Shown piece by piece: positions 36,894 to 49,663 of a stretch of 64,000 nucleotides of DNA. Position 1 is the first letter of the stretch. Every line of letters begins with the position of its first letter. A model generated the notes under the pieces. That model had not been told where the DNA came from. It did not search any database and was given only the letters and a program-made list of their open reading frames with translations. The translations under genes were made by a program, and so were the position numbers. Source of the stretch: Tilletiaria anomala UBC 951 (lineage: Eukaryota); contig NW_013547021.1 of assembly GCF_000711695.1 (NCBI RefSeq), forward strand, positions 186,001 to 250,000. The letters are read 5' to 3'.

Positions 36894-39165
36894 TTGCCTT
36901 TAATCCTTGCGCCCCAAGCTTTCCTTGGAAGTACTTCTGGTACTTGCAGAGCGTCAAGTCCTAACGCTTATGCTACCAGATGCTCCTTCATTTCTGGCCA
37001 TCTCCTTAAGGCTCCCCACCGAAACGTACCTTTTCAACTGTTGAGCGGGCAGCGAGCCAAGCATGGCGGTGGCGACTGGTACAAAACGAAAGCCTTCCCG
37101 GTCGGCAGTGCGACCCTTTTGCAAGACTCAGCGCTGAGCAACGAATCCATGCGAATCGTCTTTGCTTCCAGTGGAGTCTGGGACCTCTTCATCGATGCGG
37201 CGCAGACCTTCTTCAATCTGCGGGCTTGGAAGCGCAAGGAGCAGTGTCGGATCGTCATAGCGCGGTTTCTGCAAGTGCACCACTAGTCTTTGTAACACGA
37301 AAGCTCGACTCGAGATGCTCATCCAACGCGCCTGCTCTACACTGTCCCTCAGCATCTATCCCTGGCTTGATATTCGACACGCAATACCCGCGTCTCTCGA
37401 CGAATTATCACTGCACGGTCGTCGCCAGCATCATGAATATTCCCCAAGGTGGCACTTTCCTTGGCATATACCTTTGCGTCATCCCGACGATCGCGAGTCT
37501 CACTAAATCAAGGCCACTGCCCTACGTCATAACCACTCTGTGCTTGGGCGTGATCGCCGGTCAAATCACGCTCACCGTGCTTGGGGAGTTGAAGATGTTG
37601 CAATGAGCCACGTCGATCCAAGCAACTGATGCCCGGAACCCGTTTTTGAAATGGTGACGTTTGCAGCCAACAAAAACGACTTTGTGTGGCTTCTGAACGG
37701 CTGGCCGCCGTGGCACTCTACGGTATGGGGTCTTAATATCATTATCCTCCCAGTTTGCTTGGTGCCACTAGTCAACAGAAGAGCCCATATGAATGGCTCA
37801 AACTATGCCCTCTGCAGGCAAACCCTATTCATCGGCATCAGTGCATTGATCGCCATCTACATATCGGCAATTTGCTGGGAATAGCTCACCGTGGACAATT
37901 CTGGTCGACTACCTCCGCTCTCGCTGCCACTCGACCTGGGTAGCCTGATTGCATACCGTATCACTGTCTTCGCCGAGCGGTTGCCTGTTGAGACCGCGCC
38001 ACCATCATTGAGCACCTCGGCTCAGCTCCACACGTCGCCTTCTGCTTCCCCCTGGCATTGCTGTCACAGCATGACGGAAGAGCTCATGCCGCTCGAGGCT
38101 CCCAGTCCGCCGCACTCGCCATCAGGCGTGTTTCAACCAGTCTCCCCCAATCTGGAAGCCACACGTATCTCCATGCAGAGCACTGTGCGTCGCAACCCCT
38201 TTACCAGAGTATTTGGAGCACACAACACGAAACTCGATTGCAGCTGTAACCGCTCCGACTGTGTCGGCAGGTTTCCAGGTCTGTGCGCCCGAAAGCGCAA
38301 TTGCGTTTTCGACGGACGCGCCAAGTGCTACTGCGACGTCTGTACGGGCCTGACCCACGCCATTACTCCTGCATGGAAACGCTCTCGACACATCAACGAA
38401 TGCTTCCAGTCCAAAGGCACCCGCTCATCCTCTCGGAGGCACGTCACTCAGCGCTAGCGTTCACAGACTCTCATCTGTCTCGGCCTGGCGGCAATTACAA
38501 AGTCTCCTGAGGCAGTGAATACCCGCCTCGTAAGAGCAGTAGCTCGTTTAGGCCGTTCGACCTGCGTAACAGTTTATGCTCACTGCCATCCAGTCGTACC
38601 GCGAGTCCAGTGTTCCAGATTTCGACTCCGAGGAATTGTCGCCGCAGGACAGCATGTCGCGGCTTGGCCTTGCGCACCTGCAAAACATCCCTCATGCGCA
38701 CTGTGCGGGCGCCTCGACACAAGATATCATTTTAAACGGAGGAGACAGGACGTCGCAAGATACGCGGTTCCGCGATAGCGCCGCCATAGTATCGAGAGCT
38801 TTCGTGTGCGAATATACTCTTTCATGCTCACTCCCCACCTCGGCCCTCGGCAGGGAGGAGGTAGCAACAGCAGGGGCATGCGCTCCAACGTAACCGCGGC
38901 GCGTTCATCTTCCGACATCTACGGGCGCCTGGTGAGACTGTCCGATGTCCGCTTTACCGCGGACAGAGAAACAGGACGTACAGTGCAGCGGCAGCGCTCT
39001 GTACCTTTGCTGATGGCCATCACGGTCAAGTCGCAGCGGCAGCAACTGCCGGCACGACCTCAGCTGTCCGAATGTACAGTGCGCAGGCTCTTCAACAAGC
39101 TCGTAGGCACATGTGTGACCCCAAAAGTAAAGGCAAAGTTGGATACGGACACAGCATCGGTGTAA
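36894..39165 (+). pseudogene. Degraded multi-pass membrane protein gene with a long cytoplasmic tail (DUF6533/GPCR-like topology)
   Basis: Successive TM-like segments in shifting frames (IVFASSGVWDLFID, GTFLGIYLCVIPTIA, YVITTLCLGVIAGQI, VWGLNIIILPVCLV, LFIGISALIAIYISAICW). In-frame TAG at 37882-37884 between two same-frame ORFs. Apparent mutated splice donor (GGGAGTT for GTGAGTT, ~37584). Tail with LSPQDSMS. Boundaries approximate. Confidence 0.55.
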
Positions 39166-39672
39166 AGCGCGAGGTCGGGGCGTGATATCGTGATCGACTT
39201 TCGTGAGAGGTGCACGGACGAAGCTGAGACGCCTGCTGCAATAATGCACAAGCAGAGGGCAAGGGCGTCGCATTAGCAGAGTTTCCGGGGCGTTTGACTG
39301 GATCTGAAGAATGGCTCCTTCGAATAGGAATGCGAGAAGGCGAACAAGGCGACGCCGCAACTGGAACCAAGTCTTCTATTGGGTTGCTATATAGGAAGTA
39401 ACGGTGTCAGTTCGCTGTTCGTATCCATCATGCTGCCTTCGTGTGCAGAATACCCTTTCATGTTGAAAATTCAAAACACCCTCTCTTTCTAGATGCTTTG
39501 CACATTACACGTGAGACAACGGTGGATAATAAACGGTATCTCGTCTCGCCTCGTCTTGTCATGCAATCAGACTTTCGAAGTTCTGTATGCTGCATGCTGC
39601 ATAAGGTTGTAAAGAGGGGACGCGAGCGCTTGTTGGAACAAGAGCATGGTAGCTCGATTGGGCCGCATCGCA

Positions 39673-42168
39673 TCATCGCGAGGATGAAGAGCGAGTGAGG
39701 ACGACAGCCGCAACGACGGCGACGCCGAGGAAGCTGATGGCGGCGGGCATGGCCATGTCCCTCGGCAAAACGCCGAACAGGAGGTCTTCCCCTTCTTTCC
39801 GTCCTGCTGCGCTCTTCCTGCTGCCTGTGGCGGCGACGCCTATGGCTCTGGGCTTGTTTGGCGAGCCACCGTCGACGTCCGCCTGGTCCTCGCGCTCCTC
39901 TTCCTCCTCGACGCTCTGCAGCTGCGCATCGACGGCGTCGCGCTGCCTGCGCTTGCCATGCGCACTCGACGCAGCGGGGACGGTGGCGCTCGGTGCGGCG
40001 TAGTGCGCAAGCGCCTCCTCCCACGTCCGGCCGCCCTGTACAAGTAGAACCACGCGGTCGCGTCCCTGCTTGCGTGCGACGTTGACGGCATCCTGCACGT
40101 CGCCGTCAGCGGTGATGAGCACAACGTCGTTCTCGTCATCTTCGTACGCGAGTGTAAAGTCATCCGGGTCAGGCTGCGCGTACGCTGCTTTGCCATTCAC
40201 GCCGCTGCCGCTCTCGCCTTCTGCATCGGGCGGTGAAGGACGAGGGGGCGTGGCGAAAAAGTCGTCGGCGCCGAGCTTGATGCCGACGATCTCGCGGATG
40301 GTGTCGTAGGTGTCGTACCGCGCCTGGAAGCGGTGCGTCTTGCGGCCAGGCGTAGTGAACTTGAAGAGATATGTGCCGTCATCGACGGCACCGACACCAC
40401 CGGGTCCAGCGCTGCTGATGCCGAAGCCGAGCGCGGACGCAGCGTCCTCGTGCATGGCGGCGCCAACGGCGGAGGCGCTGTCGTTCGGGTGGAGGTCGCT
40501 GCTGATGTCCGCACCGCCGGCATGCCGGCCAGGCGTGGAGGGGATCTCGTTGAGGTACTCGGACGGGCGCTGGCTGCCGCTGAGCGCGCTCTCGGTGTCG
40601 TCCCCGCCACCGGCGCCGCCTGCTGCACTGCCGCTGCCGGTGCTGCCGGTCTGGCCGAACGAGTTCCAGAAACGGTTCCACATTGGCCCGCCGGCCCCGC
40701 CACTGCCGCCCTGCTCCGATTCCTCGGCCATGCTGTTGATCTGCTCCAGCGTCTTGTACGTTAGCTTGAGCACGTCGACGACGGCGACGAGGCGCGTGTC
40801 GGTGTCAACGACGGGCAGATTGAGGTAGCGTCCGTCTGCAAAGCAAAGCCAGGTGGGTGGTCAGCAGGCGTTGAACAGGGGTATTGGATTGCGCTGCGCT
40901 GAGTTATGCTACACTCACCATGCATCTTGCGGAGAGCTTCCTGGATGCTCATGGTGGGAGGTGCCGTGTCCGGATGAGGAGTCATCACGCGGACGACGCT
41001 GCAGGACTTTGGGTCGAGTCCAGCAGCGATTACTCTGAGCACGACGTCCTTGCTGGTGAAGATGCCGGCGATTTTTCCCTGCACGACGCCGCCGTTGGCA
41101 GAGGCGGGCGCGGAGGACTCCATGACGCACACTGCGGTGGTATGGTGGTCCTTCATCAACTTTGCGGCCTCGCGGACGGTGGTGCGCACGCTGACTGTGC
41201 ATGGCAGGGTCCTGCTGTCGAGGATGCTGCTGAGGTCGGGGATGGACATCTTGTCGCGCAGGGCCTCGATGTACTGCAGCATCGCCTGCTGTGGGCCGAC
41301 GGCGCCGGTGCCCCACTCACTCTGTACGCCCTCGAGGGCATTGTAAAGCTTCTGCGACGATCCATGCGCGCGCTCGAGCTTCTCGAGCGCCTCATAGAAG
41401 ACCTTGGCAATATCCAGCAGGCCGATGACGTCGCCGTCCTCGTTGCACACGGGAAGATGCCGGAAGCCGCGTGTGACCATCGTGTTCAACGCCTCGGTCG
41501 CGGACGTCGTGTCGCGCGTGACCATTGGCGAGCGCGTCATGATCTCGCTGACAGGCGTCGTGCGTGCGTCGAGGCCGCCAGCGACGACCTGCGTGGGCCG
41601 AGGCGGTGTACACATGCAGTCAGCGAATGGTGCCGCCCCCAAAGGGCGTCTGGGCGAGGTGCTGCGCGCTCACCCTGAAAGCAAGGTCCTTGGCGGTAAA
41701 GATACCCGCAAGATGCTCGTCCTCGTCAACGACAAGCACGCAGTCGGTGCGTTTGGCTGCACAGAGCTGACTGGCATCCGCGACACTGATCGTCTGCGGC
41801 ACGGTCAACGCTGGCAGAGGCCGGAGCGCCGAGACGGTCCCCGGCGTCGCGGCTGGCCCGCGCGAGGCGTGCTGCTGCTTGCGGCGCCGCGATGAGGCGG
41901 TCGGCGTCGAGGGCGCCTTGCCGCTCTTGCGCTGCAGCTCCAGCTCTACTTTTTTGCGGATGGCCTGGGGAAGGGAGAGAGGAGGAGAAGGGAAGTTGAG
42001 GGTCGCTGCACCTGTCGCTGTACCGAGGCGTACATGCACCTGTCAGCGGCATACACGTACCTCATCACGCTTGTTCTGCCTCTTGCGTGTGTCGGTGGCA
42101 TCGCTGTTCATGCTCAGGTTGGACTGGGCCGAGGTAGTGAGGGGCGAGCCCCGGTAGCCGGACGACAT
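39673..42168 (-). CDS. CBS (x4) + PB1 domain protein with C-terminal membrane anchor (Mug70-like)
   Basis: Motifs TRKRQNKRDEAIRKKVE, GTVSALRPLPAL, AGIFTAKDLAFRV, GFRHLPV, GIFTSKDVVLRVIAAGLDP, PB1 segment YLFKF..HRFQA..LAYEDDENDVVLITADGD. Hydrophobic C-terminus AAISFLGVAVVAAVVL. Confidence 0.92.
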
Positions 42169-42665
42169 GGGGAAGACGGGGGTGGTGGTGTGGGGGAGAG
42201 GGCTTTTCTAGAGCCACTCGATTGACGCCGCTCGTCCGCTGAGAAGCAGCTCGCTGCAATGAGCAATGTACGGAGCGTCGGCGTGAGAACCGGATGACTG
42301 GCTAGCTGGCTGTATGTGTCTGTATCGATGCTCCGTCTCCCCTGCTGTAGCGACCTTGTCTTGTGCTGAGCACAAATGTCGATGCCAACAAGTGCGTGCT
42401 ATAGTGATGCATCCCCCATTCCTATGGCCCTATTCTGTTGAAAGGACTTTTGGTGGCAGCAGCGCGCCGCTGATGAACATCTCGTTATGACGGACGGTGC
42501 GGCACTGCGCCTGTCCATGTCCGTTGTCTGCGAGTCTGCGTGGTGCCGTCTTCAGTGCGTGTGCTCACTCACTCAACCGTGTCCGCTCGCTCTCTTCTCT
42601 TCTCGCCCAGGCGTTATTCTTGCTACTTCCATTACGAGAGGTGAGAAGACGCGGCTCGAGAGATA

Positions 42666-42690
42666 ATCACGTGACCTGTATTCGACGCGT
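42666..42690. promoter_or_regulatory. E-box (ATCACGTGAC, Cbf1/CDEI-type) adjacent to an MCB (ACGCGT) upstream of NDC80
   Basis: ATCACGTGAC at 42666-42675 and ACGCGT at 42685-42690, in the divergent CBS-PB1/NDC80 intergenic region. Confidence 0.4.
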
Positions 42691-42989
42691 CGTACACTGA
42701 CACCGCACAACACACGCTCGCGTCTCCTCACCTTTGCCTCTCTTTTGCCAAAGAACACCATCAACTGCGTATCGCACAAGTAGTACATGCATGCATGTAT
42801 GCACCTCGGCCTCGGCCTCCCCATCCCCTGCCCTGCACTGCGTAGTTCTGCCCTGCTCTGATCAGTGCATAACCTTGCACTCGCCTCGTCAAACAGCACC
42901 TCTGGCCAGTGCTGGCGACGCGAACCCAGTGATCGCACCACCTGTGGTCCGGGCCACGACCGCCACGTCAGCCTCCACTGCCAGCAGAG

Positions 42990-45469
42990 ATGGCTGCACC
43001 AACACGCAGCGGGCGCGCAAGCATGCTGCCCACGCGCGTCCCACTGCAGAACAACTTTGGCGCCTCACAGCAATCACAAGGGGCAGTAGATGAGCACGGA
43101 GAATCAGGTGTGCACTCACAGGATCACAGGAGCTCTGCGAGAAGAGACGTTAGTATGGGCGTCAGCCAGCTGCATGGTCGCGAGAGCGTACGAAGACAGA
43201 GCGTGGCTGTTCCGAGCACACCTGCCACGTGAGTCCCATCATTTGCGCTTTCTTTGATTTTTAAGCACTTTCGAACTGATGACCGGTCACAGGGGACGGA
43301 GGTCCATCTCCAGCCGCACATCCCTCGCGCCAACCTCGCTCGCCGGCCGAGAGTCGCTCATGCTAAGCGGCAGCGGACTGGGTGGCGCACCCACGCAGCA
43401 GTCGCGCGAGACGCGTCCCGTGCGCAACAAGGCGTTTCAAGAGTCCATGTACTCTGTGCTGATTTCTGCGCTCGGCGAGAACAACATGGCTGGTGGGCAG
43501 CAGATCAAGAAGGCCGTGCGCGAGCCGACGCAGCTCGCGTTCGTTGACATGTTCCAGACCGTCTGGAAGCGGTACATCGACCCCGACCACAACTTTGAGA
43601 GCTCCAAGGACTCGGCTAGCGGCGGCATGAGCGCCGGACACGGGACCGTCATGAGCAAGGCGGTCGATGAGGTGTTGACGCTGCTTAAAGAGATCAACTA
43701 CCCCGGCATGGAGGACATGACGAAGAGCAGGCTCAGCGCTGCCGGAAGTACAGGCAACTGGCCCTTTTGTCTTGCCATGCTCGGATGGCTCGTTCAAATC
43801 GGCGTGAGTTTCATGCCGAGCTTGTTTGCTTTCGGTACTCACAGGAACTGAAAGCATTGTTATCTTACGCGACCCGTCAGGACAAGCTCAACGACGAGGC
43901 ATTCCCGATCGGCCCCAAAAACCGCGCAGCGGACCTGATGAATCCAGACCTCGAAATGGACCAGGATAACATGGACGTGGACAATATGCAGTTCTTCTAC
44001 CCCTTCCTCTACAAGACCTACGAAAAGTTCTGGAACAACCAGGACGAGTACCCGGAGGAGCGCGAGGAGCTGGAGCGCATCTTTGACGCGCGCGACCACC
44101 GCGTGTTGCAGGAGCTCGACAGCATGCGCGCGCGCGAGCGGGACGTCGCCGAGGAGCTTATGGGCTTGCAGCAGCGGCCTTCGCCTTTGCAGGCGGCCAA
44201 GCAGAGGGACACCCTGCTTGTGAGTGATATCAAAAAGTTCCAGGACTATAATGAGAACTATATCCGCCGCAAGACCGAGAAGGTCGACAAAGAGATCAAG
44301 CGCTTCTTGTCGACAAAGTCTGATTCCGGTGAGTTGCCAACGTGCATGCCCATGCCGTGCAATGTGACTACTACTTACGAGTTGTGGGTGGGGGACGTGC
44401 ATTCGCGCCTGCAGAGGCAAAAGTCGAGGCGCTCAAGAAGGAGCGAGATCATCTGCAGAAGGAAGTTGACGAGCAGCCGATGACGTCCGAAGAGTACGAC
44501 CGGCTGGAGAACCACTACCGAACGCTGCAGGAGCAGCTGAACCTCCTCGAGAACAAGAAGGCGCAGGTGGAAGCAGAGCGCGGCAACGTCGAGCTGGAAG
44601 CGTATCGGCACCAGAACGCGATGGAGGAGGAGTTCAAGATGTTCAACGCGCTCGGGCGGGATATTGACCTACTGCCGTTCAAGCTCCCCGCGACGTCGTC
44701 TGCAGCGACCAAGGACGGGCTGAGCGTTGCAGACGAGCTCGTCTTCGAGCGCGGCGAGCTGTACCCGGACGTGGATATCAAGACGTACCTGCGCCCGCTT
44801 GTCGCACGCATGCTGAAGGACGGCAGCGAGAAGCGGAAGGGCGTTGCGGAGCAGAAGCTGCAGCTTGGCCAAAAATACGATGTCCTCCTCGACGATGTGC
44901 AGCGCGCGCGCGAGACACTAAGCCAGCTGCACAAGCGGTACGAAATGACGCGCGCTGATATCGATAAGATCAACCAGGTGCGTGGCTGCGGCTCGGCATC
45001 AGCTTGACCGGACGGGTGGTCGCTGACGCGTTAGGTGTGACTATGACTCTTCCCCCGCCAGACCTCGAAAGAGGAAGGCGACTTCGCAGACTCGATGGAG
45101 CAGGATCACCAGCGCTTGATCCATGAAACAGAGGCAGCTGGCCACTCAGCGATCAGCGAGCAGACAGCGCGAGAGGCGCGATTGCGGGTCCAGTGAGTTG
45201 CAAAAGTGGCTTGCTCTTCCCCCGTGCGCCTGCCTTTGGGGGCACTCGGATGCATTGATCTGACCGTGCTACACTTTCGTGCCCTCTTCAACGTCGCCAT
45301 AACCAGACACGAGCAAGCGATCGCAGCGTATAACAAGCACGTAACAGCCATGAACGAGGAGGTGACGGATGCCATGCACCGCCTGCTCAACCTCAAAGAT
45401 AACGTCGCCAGCGCGCTCGAGAAGCTCAAAGGTGCCACCAAGGTCAATGGACACAGCGAGACGGCGTGA
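42990..45469 (+). CDS. NDC80: Kinetochore protein Ndc80/Hec1, about 6 exons
   Basis: Disordered basic tail, then RETRPVRNKAFQ, PTQLAFVDMFQ, DEVLTLLKEINYP..MTKSRLSAAGSTGNWPFCLAMLGWLV (CH domain), FFYPFLYKTYEKFW, then a long coiled coil with a loop (KTYLRPL). Confidence 0.9.
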
Positions 45470-46373
45470 TCCCCTACTTCTTTCCTCCCCCTTGCCGTGT
45501 CTCGCCTCATTTCGGTGCTTTACTACCCGCGACGGGCGTGCGCCTCTTGCGCACACGCACGCACGCTTGCACGTTCCATCCATCCATCTATCTCGATCAC
45601 CTCATTCTTGCCGCCGCTCTCTACATTCTCGGATGCCTCACGCAGTCCGGCAACTGCGTGCGTTCGAAATGCTTCTAGTTTGTACTAGTTTGTACTTGTA
45701 TCTAGTAACGACGCCGTTCGCTATATGATTATGATATCTTTCATATGTGGATTAGCCACCACGGCGACCGATGCATAGTTGCAGCGTGGGTACCTGTAAG
45801 CCTGGCGTATCTTTTCACGCTGAATCTGGCCAAAGTTGTTGAAATTGGTGGGGTCGTGCAAGTTGGTGAAAAAGTTTCATCTCGCTAGTATACAAGTGTG
45901 GTGAGGGGGAACGGTATGACAGACTCATCCATCGCAACCCCTCGGCCCCAAGATGCAGACCAACCAAGACTTTTGGCGAGAGACGGGTATGGCAGAGCGC
46001 GAACCACACGCCCGCTCCCTTCTTTCTCATAGAATGCTGTCCCTTTTCTCGCGCGCTGGTGCTGTGGCACCGTGCGCGAGTCATGACATGTGTGTGCACG
46101 AATGCAGGCAAGCGGTCGAACTGGCGACCTCCTTCTGATAACCAGAGATGCACCGCCGCATTTTTAGAAAGTCGTGTAGTGGCAAATTGAAACAAGGAGA
46201 TGATGATGATGAGGGCATGCATGCTGGCATCATGAGACTGCTGACCGGCTGATGACAGAGGGAGGGAAGAATTATTGAGGGGCCAGGTGCCATGTCCAAG
46301 GTTGAAATGCGATGCGTGTGCGAATCGAAATGCGAGGAATGGGATGGCACCTTAACGTCCTTCCAGGCAACGC

Positions 46374-47124
46374 TTAGTTCTTCCTTCGGAAAGAGCAGCC
46401 TACAAAAGGAACGTTGCATGCGATCAGCAGCCGTAGAAGAATGTAGATACGGTGGAAAGGGCAACACCGCAATGCACTTACCCTCGGTCAACCGCGCCTT
46501 ACCACCGGTAGGTTGGCTCAAGACTTGAGCGCAGCTGCCGCAGAGAACGACAGTCTGAGCATGCGAGAAGACAGTGGTAATTGCAAAGCAACCGGGGCAC
46601 TTGACATCCATGAAGAACGAGTTGGGGTTCTGCACCAGCCGCTTGAGCTTGTGCTGACGAGCTTGCTGCTCAGCTGAGGGGTTGAGGAGATCGACTGCGA
46701 GCGTCTGTGGCGATAGGAAAGAAGAGTATGTGAGCATGACTATTCGTCTGTTACTCTGAAATGCATGCAGTCGAGCTGGCACGTGCGTGTTCCCCATATA
46801 TGCATCCACCTGTCTGCGCTGATCTGAGCCTCCCAGCTCCTGGCCTGGTTGGGTTGCCAGAAGGCTGCTTGGCAATCCAGCTTTCCAATGAAGTTTTCGT
46901 CCATCGTAGCCTCCAGCGTTCGATCTGCTTTCCCACTGCCCTATATTCACGCCAACACGCTCTCGTCATTGCCTTCAGCCTTTGCCCATCATTCATTGTC
47001 TCCTTCTTCGGTGTCCCCTCGCACGCCAAATAGCCGCCGTAGAGCCGATTCGTTACTGTTCTTCCCGCAGACCCAGCTCCGACGCCTCCGCCAAGCCTCC
47101 AGGATCGGAGGAGGAACTTACCAT
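46374..47124 (-). CDS. RPS27: 40S ribosomal protein S27 (eS27); exons 47122-47124, 46482-46704, 46374-46399
   Basis: Reads [77 protein letters not shown] 417-nt intron follows the ATG directly. Confidence 0.97.
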
Positions 47125-47669
47125 CTTGCTTGTGTTGTATGCAACCTGTTGACAGCGGGTGATGCCTGGGTGATGGGTAAGAATAGAATTGGTAAGATGG
47201 TTTCAAAAGAGGGAAAGATGTTGGTGTGCTGGTGTCTGCGCCTTACCAGCTGGCGTGGCCGATGGTCCGCTGTCTGCGTGGGTATAGTCTCTCTGCGCTC
47301 TCGCCTGACGAGACACACGCTGATCTTTGTCAGGCGTACACGCAACGGACGCCAGTTGCAACACTGCTCTGATGCCCTCTTTCTGCTGCTGGGCGGAACT
47401 GGTCACCAGCTTTGAATATGGCTCAGACTGCGGCAATTCTTCAGCCCGCGCCCGCATGACACTGTTGCAGTGCACTAATTGCATACGGGCTCGCATTGCG
47501 CGCGTTCACTGCGTTGACAGGTCTGGCTGGCACACCCACCCGCGCACCTGCAGCAGCTCGCCCCCGTCTGCTGGACGATGCTGCCAAACTCATCCTTCGT
47601 CCCTTTAACTCGTCTCATCATCCTATTCCAGACTGTACCGGCCGTCTTGTCGAGTCAGCAACAGTCAAG

Positions 47670-48061
47670 GTGAGCATCGTTGCCTACATTGCAGGCAAGC
47701 CTACAGCACGTTGATTTCGAGGGGAGGGTGAGCGCCTGGCGGCGAGGGAGGGGTCGAGTCACTGCAGGTGATGGAATACGCTGGCCAACAATGACTTGGA
47801 TTCGGACGCTCAGTCCAGGGCCTTTTGTGACTTGCATGGGCGCTCAAAGAGCTTGGGAGGAGTAGCTGTACATTGCAGAATGACTCTGATGCTGCTTTTG
47901 CGAGAGGAGAGCAGGCCATCTAGGCAGACTGTTACTTGTAGCAGTAATATGCCTGCGACTGGGTATGCAGCTTAGACAGGCTAGCTTCTCTCCGTGTTAC
48001 AAAAGGGAGCAATTGAGGAGCGCATTTGAATGGGAGGTCTGATGCATCGTGTCCATTTCAG
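47670..48061 (+). other. Probable 5'-UTR intron of RPL19
   Basis: CAAG|GTGAGC donor at 47670, CTGAT branch and TTTCAG acceptor ending 48061, 13 nt before the ATG. Confidence 0.6.
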
Positions 48062-48074
48062 GTAACATATCAAG

Positions 48075-48733
48075 ATGGTTAATCTTCGCTCTCAAAAGAG
48101 GCTCGCTGCCTCCGTTCTCGGTGTCGGCAAGCGTAAGGTCTGGCTCGACCCAGCAGAGCAGACCGACATTGGCAATGCCAACTCGCGTGCCAACATTCGC
48201 AAGCTCATCAAGGATGGCCAAATCATCAAGAAGCCGGTCGTTGGTCACTCCCGATCGCGCACCCGTGACCTCCACGCTGCCAAGCGGCTTGGAAGGCACA
48301 CTGGTACCGGTAAGCGCAAGGGTACGAATGAGGCCCGTATGCCAACCAAGGTCCTCTGGATGCGACGTCAGCGTGTTCTTAGGCGGCTGCTTCGGAAGTA
48401 CAGAGAGTCGGGAAAGATCGACAAGCACCTGTGAGTACTCGCAGCGGCATCAGCTTTCGCGTGCCACAGCCAATCTCATCTAATATTTTATCTACTTTCA
48501 GGTACCACGAGCTTTACCTGAAGAGCAAGGGTAACGTCTTTAAGAACAAGCGTGTTCTCATGGAGCACATCCACAAGGCTAAGGCAGAGAAGACCCGTAG
48601 CAAGCACCTCGCAGACCAGATGGAGGCACGTCGTCTCCGCAACAAGGCTATGCGCGAGAGGAGGACGCTGCGTCTGGCCGAGAAGCGGGCGGCTGTCAAC
48701 GCTGTCGAGCTCGAGGCCGAGGAGAAGAAGTAA
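48075..48733 (+). CDS. RPL19: 60S ribosomal protein L19 (eL19); intron 48431-48501
   Basis: Reads [83 protein letters not shown]. Confidence 0.98.
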
Positions 48734-49663
48734 ATGCACACTTGAATTGCGCATGCTTCACTCTTACGTCCAGCGACGTACGGGAAGGGTTTCCGTGTCA
48801 TCTCAAGCGGACACGCATTCATGGTGGCTGAGAGTTAGGGCTAGAGCACACAAGGACATGTGCATGGCTTCGCGGAGCACGGAAGGACGGCAATTTGCGC
48901 ATTGCACATGCCCGATCTTCTGCAGCTGCTTGTCATGCACTCACGCTTCGCACTTTCAACGCAAACTTTGGCATGCAACCCTCATCTGCCTCACACCCAC
49001 ATGCATCCAACCCTTCAAAACTCAGTCCCGGTCGAGCAGACCAGGACCTCTTCCCTTGTACTTTTTGGCTCCTTGCACTATATGGCATGCTACACATCAG
49101 GCAGCTCACGAGAGCTATTGCAAGGACTCGCACTATCAGTTTGAGGATGGAAGTCGGTCTGGCGATCGAGCAGCGGACCAAGCAGAGTAAACAATTAACA
49201 ATGATGGGCACAAGGTGTGCTGATAACAGGATTTTACTGCGCCGGGCATTTGTTCTTTGACGAGGGCGGCTGGATGTTCCACAAGGGCTCAGATGTCCTG
49301 CTTGCTTGTGCTTTGAGATGCTTAATATTACTGGCGGATGTCAAATGCAAGAGTGACAGGTAATCGTAGTTGAGAGACAGCCGCTGTGAATCTACTCGAC
49401 AGACGCCGAACACGCGAATGCGCGTGACTGCGCTGGCACCAACGCACACTTCGGTCGCTGCACAATCAACGCGCGCTGCGCTATGCGGCGCGACCGAGAA
49501 CAACGCTTCTCTTGTCTCGGAACTCTCCTGTCACCTCCCTGTATGTCCAGATACAAGGGCGAAGGCCTCAGCTTCTCACCTGGACATCGAAGAGTTCCTG
49601 TGAACCACAGTCGCGCCGTCTTTGCAGCAAATCTCACGAAGGCTGTAGCACGCGCAGGCGACC

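Noticed and set aside
36894..37900. Pheromone receptor (STE3/pra) or MAT locus
   Set aside because: No STE3 signature motifs recognised, and no pheromone or homeodomain genes in the window.
39458..42225. Numerous long overlapping and antisense ORFs over GC-rich genes, here and across dynein, SelO and CENP-T
   Set aside because: Shadow ORFs caused by high GC and codon bias of the real genes.
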